Shown piece after piece: positions 56,158 to 64,000 of a DNA stretch of 64,000 nt. Numbering within the stretch: the stretch's first letter is position 1; each line of letters begins with the position of its first letter. The translations under genes and the position numbers were made by a program. The notes under the pieces are model-generated. The model worked only from the letters and a program-made list of their open reading frames with translations. It searched no databases and was not told the origin of the DNA. The DNA is from a virus, in IMG/VR virus record IMGVR_UViG_3300006104_000014, positions 13,360 through 77,359 of that record; one strand, 5' to 3'.

Positions 56158-56421
56158 TTAGTATAGAATTACTTCAAAAGTTCCAAATGAATGGCCACCG
56201 ACCATCAAATCAAGGTCGGTGTATCCATCGCTCTCCCAATAGTTAAGACAGTTGTTAATCTGCTCTCTGATTTTAGCAATGATATCTTCATCAATTACGT
56301 CACCAGGGTCAGCTGGGTTATCCAACAACTCAACCAACTTGTTGAGGTCAACATTGATGGCAACCTTCATCTCGGGTTGAAATACATTCGTATTTCCACC
56401 ATCCTTATACTGAGTCCTCAT
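56158..56421 (-). CDS. Hypothetical protein
   Basis: 87 aa. Confidence 0.65.
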   Translation of the reverse strand: MRTQYKDGGNTNVFQPEMKVAINVDLNKLVELLDNPADPGDVIDEDIIAKIREQINNCLNYWESDGYTDLDLMVGGHSFGTFEVILY

Positions 56422-56768
56422 ACTGGCAACCTCCCATTCTTAGCAGCAAACTCACGTCGCTGATCTACTGTCATCTTGCCAAGTTCATTGAGTTCATCAA
56501 ACGTAAGCTCAACAATGGCAAACTTACTGATATGGCCATACTTACCTGAATCCACATCAATATAGTACTTACGGGTATCTTCCACTTCCTTCTCCTTTTC
56601 TAGGTTACTTACTTCAGCAACATCCCACTCGATAATATTAGCAGCACAAAGGTGGTTGGACCACTCATGCCAGGGTTGAGGTTCATTGTCACTGGTATCT
56701 TCGTCAAATTCAACATCTGACTCATACCTTAGCGTAAGTGTAATATACACTTCTGACTTCTTACTCAT
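56418..56768 (-). CDS. Hypothetical protein
   Basis: 116 aa, AGGAG RBS. Confidence 0.7.
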   Translation of the reverse strand: MSKKSEVYITLTLRYESDVEFDEDTSDNEPQPWHEWSNHLCAANIIEWDVAEVSNLEKEKEVEDTRKYYIDVDSGKYGHISKFAIVELTFDELNELGKMTVDQRREFAAKNGRLPV

Positions 56769-56857
56769 CTTACTCTCCTTTTTATTTTTTATTACCCTAC
56801 TATTTTATACTAGTTCCCTTGTAATCCTAATACAAAATATGTTGAATAAAATATGGG

Positions 56858-57067
56858 CTAAGCTACTTCCCAGTTTTTATCAAGCCCACACTCTTGGTGT
56901 ACAATCTCACCATCACTACTAGGGTCCTTTGGGTCGTACATCTCAGCAGCATCTCCATCATCCATATAGATTGCACAACCACAAATTGCACAATCATAAT
57001 CTGGTTCTGGGTCTTCTGGTGGTGTAAACCAATTTGCTGAAGGACCTTCATAACCACTCATACCCAT
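56858..57067 (-). CDS. Small acidic zinc-binding protein
   Basis: GP..W..PP.D, CAIC, HQEC. Confidence 0.65.
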   Translation of the reverse strand: MGMSGYEGPSANWFTPPEDPEPDYDCAICGCAIYMDDGDAAEMYDPKDPSSDGEIVHQECGLDKNWEVA

Positions 57068-57258
57068 GGACCTCCTGTTGGACCAAATGAATCATGGTAG
57101 CTTCTAACTTTGTCTTCTTCATACTGCTCTTGACGCTCTGCAGCTTCGGAACCATCATCCTCGAAGCAAGAACACTCACTGGTCTCATGTTCCTCACAAT
57201 AGTCTTCATCGTCTGGTGGGTCATACCAACTCATCGGTGGACCATCAATGAACCTCAT
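57058..57258 (-). CDS. Small acidic Cys protein
   Basis: GPPMSWYDPPDD, similar to neighbour's N-terminus. Confidence 0.6.
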   Translation of the reverse strand: MRFIDGPPMSWYDPPDDEDYCEEHETSECSCFEDDGSEAAERQEQYEEDKVRSYHDSFGPTGGPWV

Positions 57259-57395
57259 ATTTCCTCCTTAACGGTAACAAGATTTACAAGCAAAGTTATA
57301 AGAATTTTCGTCACAACCCTCAACAAAGAGTTGTTCAAAATCACTAACTGGTTTAACTATATGACAGCATTCACATTCTTGGGTTTGTTCTTTGA

Positions 57396-57587
57396 TCATT
57401 CTTCTTCTTTATCTTCAAAGTAACGGTCATCATACCAGCAAGGCTCTCCAACAGAGTGCCATACGCCTCCGTCTTGGTGCTCATATCGGTTACAATACCA
57501 CAAGTTAGGGTCTTCATTTGGACTAGTCCAATTACAACCTAACCCATCTGTGTGGCCACAGCATGGATAGTCTTCACATCTTGCCAT
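57396..57587 (-). CDS. Small Cys-rich protein (RCEDYPCCGH)
   Basis: 63 aa; AAGGAGG RBS after HH12. Confidence 0.7.
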   Translation of the reverse strand: MARCEDYPCCGHTDGLGCNWTSPNEDPNLWYCNRYEHQDGGVWHSVGEPCWYDDRYFEDKEEE

Positions 57588-57602
57588 TCTGCCTCCTTAC
57601 TA

Positions 57603-57661
57603 TAACCTATCTCATCAGGTGTAGACGGTTAACCCTACACGACCCCTCACGGGGTTTCGAC
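57603..57661 (-). ncRNA. Hammerhead ribozyme type II (HH12)
   Basis: GTC GAAA CCCC-GTGA-GGGG TC^GTGTAG..CTACAC CTGATGA GAT; TAACC/GGTTA. Confidence 0.9.
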
Positions 57662-57870
57662 TAGTTGTGGCAGCAATCTTCACACCAACCCAGGCCCCAA
57701 GGTTCAGTGGCTTCACACTCTTCGGGCCAAGTGTCGAACTTGCCTTCAATGTAGGGTACGTTACAACCGGGACATTTGCCGGTGTAGTCGTATTGTCCAG
57801 CATCCCTTGCCTCCAACCATTCTGCTTCGGTCATGAAGTTAGGGTTCTTACTAACAGGTGCAAGTAACAT
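57661..57870 (-). CDS. Small zinc-ribbon protein
   Basis: 69 aa between HH13 and HH12. Confidence 0.7.
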   Translation of the reverse strand: MLLAPVSKNPNFMTEAEWLEARDAGQYDYTGKCPGCNVPYIEGKFDTWPEECEATEPWGLGWCEDCCHN

Positions 57871-57882
57871 TTCGTCTCCTAG

Positions 57883-57943
57883 TAGTCTGTCTCATCAGGT
57901 ATGGTAGACTAATTCCATACAACTGCCCTTAGGCAGTTTCGAC
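57883..57943 (-). ncRNA. Hammerhead ribozyme type II (HH13)
   Basis: GTC GAAA CTGCC-TAAG-GGCAG TT^GTATGG..CCATAC CTGATGA GAC; TAGTCT/AGACTA. Confidence 0.9.
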
Positions 57944-58170
57944 TACTCCTCCCCCTCTTTATCGTCAAAGGATTCAACTGGGAAGCGGTCCTTGTTGGCC
58001 TCCACCCACTCAAAGATCACATCACGAATCTCACTAGAGGCTTCGTCATTGATACCAACTAACTCAACTGTCAAACAAGGGTACTCACCATAGCCATCCA
58101 TCGTAATAACAATCTCGTCATTACGACAAATAACACTATCGTAGGTTTGACTGATTTCGTACTCTGCCAT
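57943..58170 (-). CDS. Acidic hypothetical protein
   Basis: 75 aa, TAAGGAG RBS. Confidence 0.7.
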   Translation of the reverse strand: MAEYEISQTYDSVICRNDEIVITMDGYGEYPCLTVELVGINDEASSEIRDVIFEWVEANKDRFPVESFDDKEGEE

Positions 58171-58360
58171 TTTACTCTCCTTACTCTTCGTAACTAACTA
58201 AAAAGTCATCAATATCATCACAAATGCAGAGGCTGCAAAAGCAATCCTTGCACTTATCTAGCTTTACAACTTCTGGGTAAGACTTATCTCTGGGTTCAAA
58301 ATAACCAGGACCTAACACCCAGGCCATACTACCTCCTTACTATAATTACTTGGGGACTTT

Positions 58361-58430
58361 TTCCCCAAAGGATAAATAATAATATTTTCCCGAATATTGC
58401 AAATTAAATTTAAATAGGAGTTCTTACTGC
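58361..58430 (-). promoter_or_regulatory. Repeated early promoter
   Basis: GCAGTAAGAACTCCTATTTAAATTTAATTTGCAATATTCGGG. Confidence 0.7.
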
Positions 58431-58592
58431 ATCGTAGTACCTGAGTAAGGCGTCATGGTGATTTTTAGTTATAGCACTAACCAAGTCGGGGTATTTAAAC
58501 CTGATCAACTTTACTTGCACCAACGCCATACGGAGCTCTTCAGCTCTCTGTTTAGCAGTCTTCATTTGCTCTTCATTCATTACTATTGCTCC

Positions 58593-59309
58593 TTACTGGT
58601 TGAGTGCTGGTCTCTTACTTAAACGGGCTTGTCCAAGGTCAGCATTATTAGCTGCAGCTGTACCTGAAGTAAACCCACCATTGTAAGCAATAGTTCTAGT
58701 AGTAGATGTTGTATTACCCGTCATCTTCTGGAAGAACTCATCAACTTGTCTACTCTTGGAAAGTAGTACAAGAGCAAATTCATCATTACCAAAAGCTTCA
58801 GCTGCTCTGTTAATTTCTGTACTCTTAGCAGCTTCCAATCTACTCTTAATAGTTAAAGTATAACCTCCAAAGAAAGACTTCTTCCAGGAGACTGTACTAA
58901 CATCTCCACCATTTTCTCTATAGGCTTCAAGGGACTTCCACATTTCGTTTAACATGTGGAGATTGAGAATCTTATACATTGAAACTACCATCTTAACATC
59001 GGAAGGGTAACCATATAGCTTGCAATACCCTCTTCCTCGAGTTACCCTACAGTAGTTATTCTTAGCAATAACGTTTAGTAGGCCTGCCTTATCAATTCCA
59101 TAGGAACCACTAATATCAAACTTTACAACGGTAAGCTCTTCATTTTCTGGCTTACTACGTCCAAGCATAGCTTCTTCAATTTGATATTTGGTCATCAACT
59201 CTTGAGCTTTACGCTGGAAGGACTCTGACTCATTTTCGAACTCTGAGGAAGCAGACTTGTTAAATAACGCTTCTACTCTCCTAATTATATCATCAAGCTT
59301 GTCAGACAT
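58593..59309 (-). CDS. DUF2786-like domain protein
   Basis: IIRRVEALFNKS..E.E..RKAQELMTKYQI, KKSFFGGY, G..AAN.ADLGQ. Confidence 0.75.
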   Translation of the reverse strand: MSDKLDDIIRRVEALFNKSASSEFENESESFQRKAQELMTKYQIEEAMLGRSKPENEELTVVKFDISGSYGIDKAGLLNVIAKNNYCRVTRGRGYCKLYGYPSDVKMVVSMYKILNLHMLNEMWKSLEAYRENGGDVSTVSWKKSFFGGYTLTIKSRLEAAKSTEINRAAEAFGNDEFALVLLSKSRQVDEFFQKMTGNTTSTTRTIAYNGGFTSGTAAANNADLGQARLSKRPALNQ

Positions 59310-59312
59310 TAC

Positions 59313-59576
59313 TTACTTATCTCCTTTTACTGTATTAATAGCACTGAATTTCTTCATAATATCGTCAAGATTATAATTTTGTACGTTGCTTGAAATAGTT
59401 GCTCGAATACTTTCCTTGGTCCTATCTCCCTTGTAAGCACGGTAAAGCCATTCTACAGCAACCTCAAGGGCTTCCTTCATATAATTAAACAACTGCCCTA
59501 CTGCCAACAACCCTTCCTGATCAGCAATTTCATTTTCGTTGAAAATATTTTCGTTGAACAGATCTTCCATTACCAT
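59313..59576 (-). CDS. Hypothetical protein
   Basis: 87 aa. Confidence 0.6.
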   Translation of the reverse strand: MVMEDLFNENIFNENEIADQEGLLAVGQLFNYMKEALEVAVEWLYRAYKGDRTKESIRATISSNVQNYNLDDIMKKFSAINTVKGDK

Positions 59577-59689
59577 TCTCCCATTTTCTTTTCCATATTA
59601 TTTATTATAATAAAAACTATTAGTTGAAACAATTGTCAAATTAGTCAAACAACCCATTCCCCTCCCTATTATTTTTCCTATTGGAACCC

Positions 59690-59753
59690 CAATAAAAACC
59701 AATTATAAAATTACGAATATTGCAAATTAAATTTAAATAGGAGTTCTTACTGC
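59690..59753 (-). promoter_or_regulatory. Repeated early promoter
   Basis: About 40 nt identical to the 58361-58430 copy. Confidence 0.65.
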
Positions 59754-59760
59754 TTACTAA

Positions 59761-61755
59761 CTAACGGCTCTTTAGTCTATGCTTCATTCCACCATACTCA
59801 TTAGCTTTTCTGGCGGAGCCGTTCATCTGCAATTTTTGACGAGCTGACATATCTTTAGTGCTCATCTTATTAGTGTGGTAACCACCTTGGGAACCAGGAT
59901 AAAGATCCGTTTTTCCAAGTTTATCTCTCATTTCTAATCTATAGAAATTATCTTCTAATAATTGGTCAACACAAACCATTAAAGTGTCAGCAAGGTCCTT
60001 TGTCTGTACTGGACCAAAATTTTGCTTCTTAATTTTGCCGTTTACTTCTTGGAGGAACTTTAACTCATCTGATAATAAGGAAGAATTATCGTTACCAAAA
60101 TTATCTTTATAAGCATGAACCCAATTCATACCTAAAGCACTCTTAAATCTTTCGGCTCTTCTCATGTTAGATTGGCCGGTAAAGGTTTCTTCCTTAACAA
60201 CTGCTTTGTGGGGAGGACGGAGTTCCTTTAATCTTTTCTTCATTCTAGGGAGAGTTACGAACCCACCATATTGGTCATAAGAGAATACTTTTGTAGTTGG
60301 AAATCTCTCTAGAGTATCTACTAATTCTTCTTCGATTTCTTCATAATCTACCTGGTGATCAGGATAATCTTCGGGATTCCATACCTTCATCCAGTCAACA
60401 ATAACATGGAACCAAATCTCACCATCCTCTGGGTCTGGGATGGGCTCTGTGTGACAAATCATAGCTGCTGTATTAGCATTACTCTTAGAGGGGTCACAGT
60501 GTCCACGGTAGAAGTACATCATCTTACCGTGGGTTTGCTCTTCTAGATAGATTGTAGCATCTTCAGCATTTTTATAGGGCTCAAACATTCTATCAACCAT
60601 TTTGGGATTAAGGTAAGAGTCTGTAACTTCAGCCCATTGGCTCATTCTCTCTACCTTGAATACATCAGGTTCTCTCTTCTCAAGCCTTTGCATTTCATCA
60701 TTATAGGTTTGAGGAGCATTCTTAAAATTAAATCCTTGGGTGGCTCTAGGATCGTCCCAGTCTTGATAAGGTCCCCAGGATGGTAATTGACAGACTAACA
60801 TGTTAGGGAATGCTGGTGACCCATCTTCCTCTTGCATTAAACCAGCCTCATAAAGCTGGTAACACTTACCTACTTTAGTGAACGGGGAAGTAGGAATATA
60901 AATAAATCCGTCCTTACCGAACTGGTCAAGGGCAGGTGTAATAGCATTATATACTTCATCAGAAGTTCTAGGGCCATCTGTACCTACAAGCATGTGGGCG
61001 AACTCGTCAAACATAACTCCAAAAGCAGCAGCTCCACGGGAGGACTTAGAGTTACTTGTTACGGCCATGTTTCTAATAGAAGCAATTAATCTTTGGGGCC
61101 TAATGCCTCTTGCTTCAAATTGAGCGATTCTTCTAACGTCAGCTGGAGTTCTTAAGGCTAAGAAGTACTCTTTAGCGACTTCGATATAAGGTTGGAAACA
61201 AGGAGCATCTACAATAGTGTTAACTAGGTCAGCAAACTGATACTGTTTAGCCTGCTGAATATTAGTAGCAGCACAGAAGAGGTAAACATCCTTAGAGCGG
61301 TCAATACCATAATGGTACTGTGGATCATCTAACTGGATTAATCTCCAGTTCATATAAGCACCAATAATACCACCGATGTGACCCTTACCACCACGACGTC
61401 CTGTAATATTAACTACTTCACGAAAATGGTGATATCCATTGGCCTTTAAGTATTCTACCCTTTGCCAAACATCAGGGGAAATACCAATAGAAACCCCAGT
61501 CTTACTAAAACCTGTGGTCCATTCATCAATAACCTCAAGGTCATAATCTGTCATATTCTCTGTTTCCAGAAAAATTAACTTTAACAGAGTTTGCTGTCTT
61601 GGATATAGTTTTTTTCCAAGAAAATGGGGATGTTCTGAGAATTCTACAATAGGGGGTAAATCTAACTGGGTCTTAAGGGCCTGTTTAGCAATATCAAAGA
61701 AATTATCCTGAGATAAAAGTGCTTGCTGATTACCCCTTTTTGTTATTCTAGACAT
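59761..61755 (-). CDS. terL: Terminase large subunit
   Basis: LYPRQ, Walker A GRRGGKG, Walker B VMFDEFAH, TSP, nuclease CDPS..KDLAD. Confidence 0.9.
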   Translation of the reverse strand: MSRITKRGNQQALLSQDNFFDIAKQALKTQLDLPPIVEFSEHPHFLGKKLYPRQQTLLKLIFLETENMTDYDLEVIDEWTTGFSKTGVSIGISPDVWQRVEYLKANGYHHFREVVNITGRRGGKGHIGGIIGAYMNWRLIQLDDPQYHYGIDRSKDVYLFCAATNIQQAKQYQFADLVNTIVDAPCFQPYIEVAKEYFLALRTPADVRRIAQFEARGIRPQRLIASIRNMAVTSNSKSSRGAAAFGVMFDEFAHMLVGTDGPRTSDEVYNAITPALDQFGKDGFIYIPTSPFTKVGKCYQLYEAGLMQEEDGSPAFPNMLVCQLPSWGPYQDWDDPRATQGFNFKNAPQTYNDEMQRLEKREPDVFKVERMSQWAEVTDSYLNPKMVDRMFEPYKNAEDATIYLEEQTHGKMMYFYRGHCDPSKSNANTAAMICHTEPIPDPEDGEIWFHVIVDWMKVWNPEDYPDHQVDYEEIEEELVDTLERFPTTKVFSYDQYGGFVTLPRMKKRLKELRPPHKAVVKEETFTGQSNMRRAERFKSALGMNWVHAYKDNFGNDNSSLLSDELKFLQEVNGKIKKQNFGPVQTKDLADTLMVCVDQLLEDNFYRLEMRDKLGKTDLYPGSQGGYHTNKMSTKDMSARQKLQMNGSARKANEYGGMKHRLKSR

Positions 61756-62583
61756 TTAACGCCTCAATCTTGCAACAACTTTTCTAGTTAAGCTGTAAGC
61801 CCTTTGGGCAAACCACTCTCTATCATCGGGAATAGTTTCAGCCCAAGATGTATCTGGGTGTTCATCTCTCTTTTCAGCTACCAAAAAATCATTAGGTTCT
61901 TTGAAGGCTTCATAAGCTTCTTTGTGAGCATTTCTAGCAGCAATAATAGTATTAATATCTTCGTCTACTAAACTAGCATCTCTGTCTCTAAGGAGCCCTT
62001 GCATAGCATTTGCTGTAAAAGCATGCTTATTGGCTCTTTCTTCATTACTTAAACCAACATCATTTAAATAATCAGCACTCAAAGTTAATTGTCGGTTATT
62101 AGCCGCCGACGTAGCATTCCAAGCTTCGTTGTGTAATTTTAACGAGTCTGCACTCTTAGCTTTACAAGCTTTATTAGCTGCAAGGTGAGCATTTTCAGCT
62201 TCTTGGTGTAACTTAATTTTATCTAATACTGATTGGTAATCTGATGCTGGAGGTTTAGAAGCTAACTTTTGAGCAGCTCTTGTATGTCTTCCAGCTTGTC
62301 TTAAGTGTCCACAAGAACTAGAATTACCACTAGCTCCACCGCCACTAGGAGTAAAATCTAATCTACGGGGACCTCTATTAAAACTAAATCCACCAGATGG
62401 GTTTTCAGCTGCTGTTACTAAGATTCCTTCTTCAGCAATCTCATGTAAAGCACATTTCTCACAGACACCTAAAGCATTTAATCTTTCACCACAGGAACAT
62501 GGTGCAAAAGGCTTTCCAATAGGCGTAGTTAAGGGGTGTTTACTAGATTCCTTAGTCCCAAATAAATTGTTGATCCACCCCAT
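61756..62583 (-). CDS. Hypothetical protein with zinc ribbon and His-Ala helices
   Basis: 275 aa. Confidence 0.7.
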   Translation of the reverse strand: MGWINNLFGTKESSKHPLTTPIGKPFAPCSCGERLNALGVCEKCALHEIAEEGILVTAAENPSGGFSFNRGPRRLDFTPSGGGASGNSSSCGHLRQAGRHTRAAQKLASKPPASDYQSVLDKIKLHQEAENAHLAANKACKAKSADSLKLHNEAWNATSAANNRQLTLSADYLNDVGLSNEERANKHAFTANAMQGLLRDRDASLVDEDINTIIAARNAHKEAYEAFKEPNDFLVAEKRDEHPDTSWAETIPDDREWFAQRAYSLTRKVVARLRR

Positions 62584-62588
62584 ATTAT

Positions 62589-63092
62589 TTACCTTCCAGG
62601 AATTATTAACCCGCCACCCTTAGGCTTTTTGCCACCGGTTTTAGCTAGTTGTTGAGCTTTCTTAAGATTATAGTAGTCGTCAGCAACACCCTTACCGATT
62701 TCATAACGATTTTGCTCTGGGTTGTACTCATGTCCACTTAAACGTCCAACTACGGTAATAGTTGGGGGTTGTTGCTGTTGGTGTAAACCTGGTAATACCC
62801 AGTCAACTACGACTTGGAGGCCAATCTTACCAAATAGTTCGTCGGCTTCGCCTTTAAGACTTACCAAGTTTTCATGGCTAGCCTTACGGTAACCATACTT
62901 ATTTTGCAGCTCCTGTAAGACCTTCCAAGCACCCATGATTTCTGACTCCATCAGTTCAAGGGGCTCTTCTTTACCAAGAGCTTCTTCTTCAGCTTTTTGT
63001 TCAGCCAAGAAAGCATCAATCTGGGCTTGCTGAAATGCTGTATGCTTAACGTCCTCTGGTGCAATACCGGGGATGCCTACGTCTTTTGCCAT
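62589..63092 (-). CDS. Hypothetical protein
   Basis: 167 aa. Confidence 0.7.
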   Translation of the reverse strand: MAKDVGIPGIAPEDVKHTAFQQAQIDAFLAEQKAEEEALGKEEPLELMESEIMGAWKVLQELQNKYGYRKASHENLVSLKGEADELFGKIGLQVVVDWVLPGLHQQQQPPTITVVGRLSGHEYNPEQNRYEIGKGVADDYYNLKKAQQLAKTGGKKPKGGGLIIPGR

Positions 63093-63326
63093 TAATTTTA
63101 CCTTATTCCCTATTGTTTACTTAGAATATCACTATTGTCTCTTTGAGTCTAACAAAAGAGAACTTAAAAGGGATATATTATCCCCTAATTGTCATGTATC
63201 TTATTCTTTTCATGATAAAGGAGCCCACTGAGGAGCTCAATTTCACTGGCAGCTTCAAGCATTAATTTGCAATATAGATCATCTTTCATAGACTTACCAT
63301 GTTGTCTTAATTGTTTTACAAGGTCT

Positions 63327-63659
63327 TTACGGTGCATTATTTTCTTTCTCTCTACACTCTTTGCAGTAAGTCTTAATCCAACTAAACCCGTCACCCTTAT
63401 CACTAGTTGCTACTTCTAAATCACTACCACACTCTTCACAAGTACTGTAGCTCAGTCGCTCGTACTTGCTCTCGATCTCAAACAGATCCTGGTGTCCTTC
63501 TACATAGTAGCGCAGCCCACCGAGCTTCTCCTTGATCTGCAGGATAGTATAGTCAGGGTCTACTGCTGACATCTCTCTGTCACAGTCCAGGATAAGTTGC
63601 TTCCAGCCTGGGCCTGTCCAGCGCCGACTGATGTATTCATCTCTCTCTTGCTGATTCAT
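63327..63659 (-). CDS. Conserved phage hypothetical protein with zinc ribbon
   Basis: GPGW, QIKEKLGGLRYY, CEECG..W.KTYC..C. Confidence 0.75.
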   Translation of the reverse strand: MNQQERDEYISRRWTGPGWKQLILDCDREMSAVDPDYTILQIKEKLGGLRYYVEGHQDLFEIESKYERLSYSTCEECGSDLEVATSDKGDGFSWIKTYCKECREKENNAP

Positions 63660-63889
63660 TCTGATACCTTCCAGTATCTAGCTTGGTACTCAGTGAGTAA
63701 CCAGTCTTGTTTTGGTTCATTGTATAATGGCTGCTCAGCCCAGTCAAGCACCTTGATTACGTCGCAGGGCCAAACAGCAGTCTTGCACCAGACGCAAACC
63801 CATTGTTCCGTCTTGGGATGGTCTCCACAACCGCAGAAATCTTGACGGTGCTTCTCTCGCAGGGCATCTCGTTCTTGCTGGTTCATCAC
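63656..63889 (-). CDS. Small zinc-binding protein
   Basis: LREKH, CVWC..WPCD; shares MNQQERD start with neighbour. Confidence 0.7.
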   Translation of the reverse strand: MMNQQERDALREKHRQDFCGCGDHPKTEQWVCVWCKTAVWPCDVIKVLDWAEQPLYNEPKQDWLLTEYQARYWKVSE

Positions 63890-64000
63890 TCTGCCTCCCT
63901 TACGACATAGCCATCTACAACCTTGTAGCCCTTGGGCAGGACGGTGTATTCGTTGCCACGTGCGTTCCTGAGGTTTGCGCCCGTGAGGTATGCATTACCG
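63886..64000 (-). CDS. Pentapeptide-repeat protein, C-terminal fragment
   Basis: ..NAYLTGANLRNARGNEYTVLPKGYKVVDG..*. Confidence 0.5.
   Translation of the reverse strand, partial: GNAYLTGANLRNARGNEYTVLPKGYKVVDGYVVREAE

Noticed and set aside
44024-57943. Intergenic repeats as a CRISPR array
   Set aside because: Repeats are not identical, spacing is gene-sized and irregular, no cas genes; conservation follows the hammerhead core
44024-57943. Repeats as integron attC sites or rho-independent terminators
   Set aside because: No attC-style single long palindrome with R boxes, no integrase in the window, and no U tract after the hairpins on the coding strand
840-63845. Plus-strand ORFs in the track
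   Set aside because: They lie antisense to coherent minus-strand genes, with no recognisable motifs; treated as shadow ORFs

Overview
A 64 kb segment of a large, AT-rich tailed bacteriophage with essentially all genes on the minus strand. The major capsid protein strongly resembles, from recall, that of Bxz1/cluster C-type actinobacteriophage myoviruses, and a WhiB-like gene also points to an actinobacterial host. In transcription order (high to low coordinates): terminase large subunit (59.8-61.8 kb); an early/accessory region of short genes with repeated strong promoters (42.3-59.6 kb); a block of probable head-internal/cargo genes (20-42 kb: amidase, Dps, SET domain, ParB-like, peptidases, phosphoesterase, Zn-binding proteins) with a small tRNA cluster; then portal, prohead protease, scaffold-like protein, decoration protein, major capsid, fibre, lysin and neck genes. 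Three main discoveries. (1) Thirteen type II pseudoknotted hammerhead ribozymes sit between genes of the early region, mostly as stop codon - ribozyme - RBS - start, which would cut the polycistron into gene-sized RNAs. (2) A shared N-terminal peptide M(I)NWxxRY(A/S) occurs on about ten unrelated proteins and looks like a capsid-targeting/protease-cleaved tag. (3) A U_UUU_UUA slippery site followed by a stem-loop joins two ORFs by a probable -1 frameshift. Also present: a tRNA with pyrrolysine-tRNA-like architecture but a UAU anticodon, two unexplained structured RNAs and a three-copy pseudoknot motif. All calls come from reading the sequence by eye; no searches were run.
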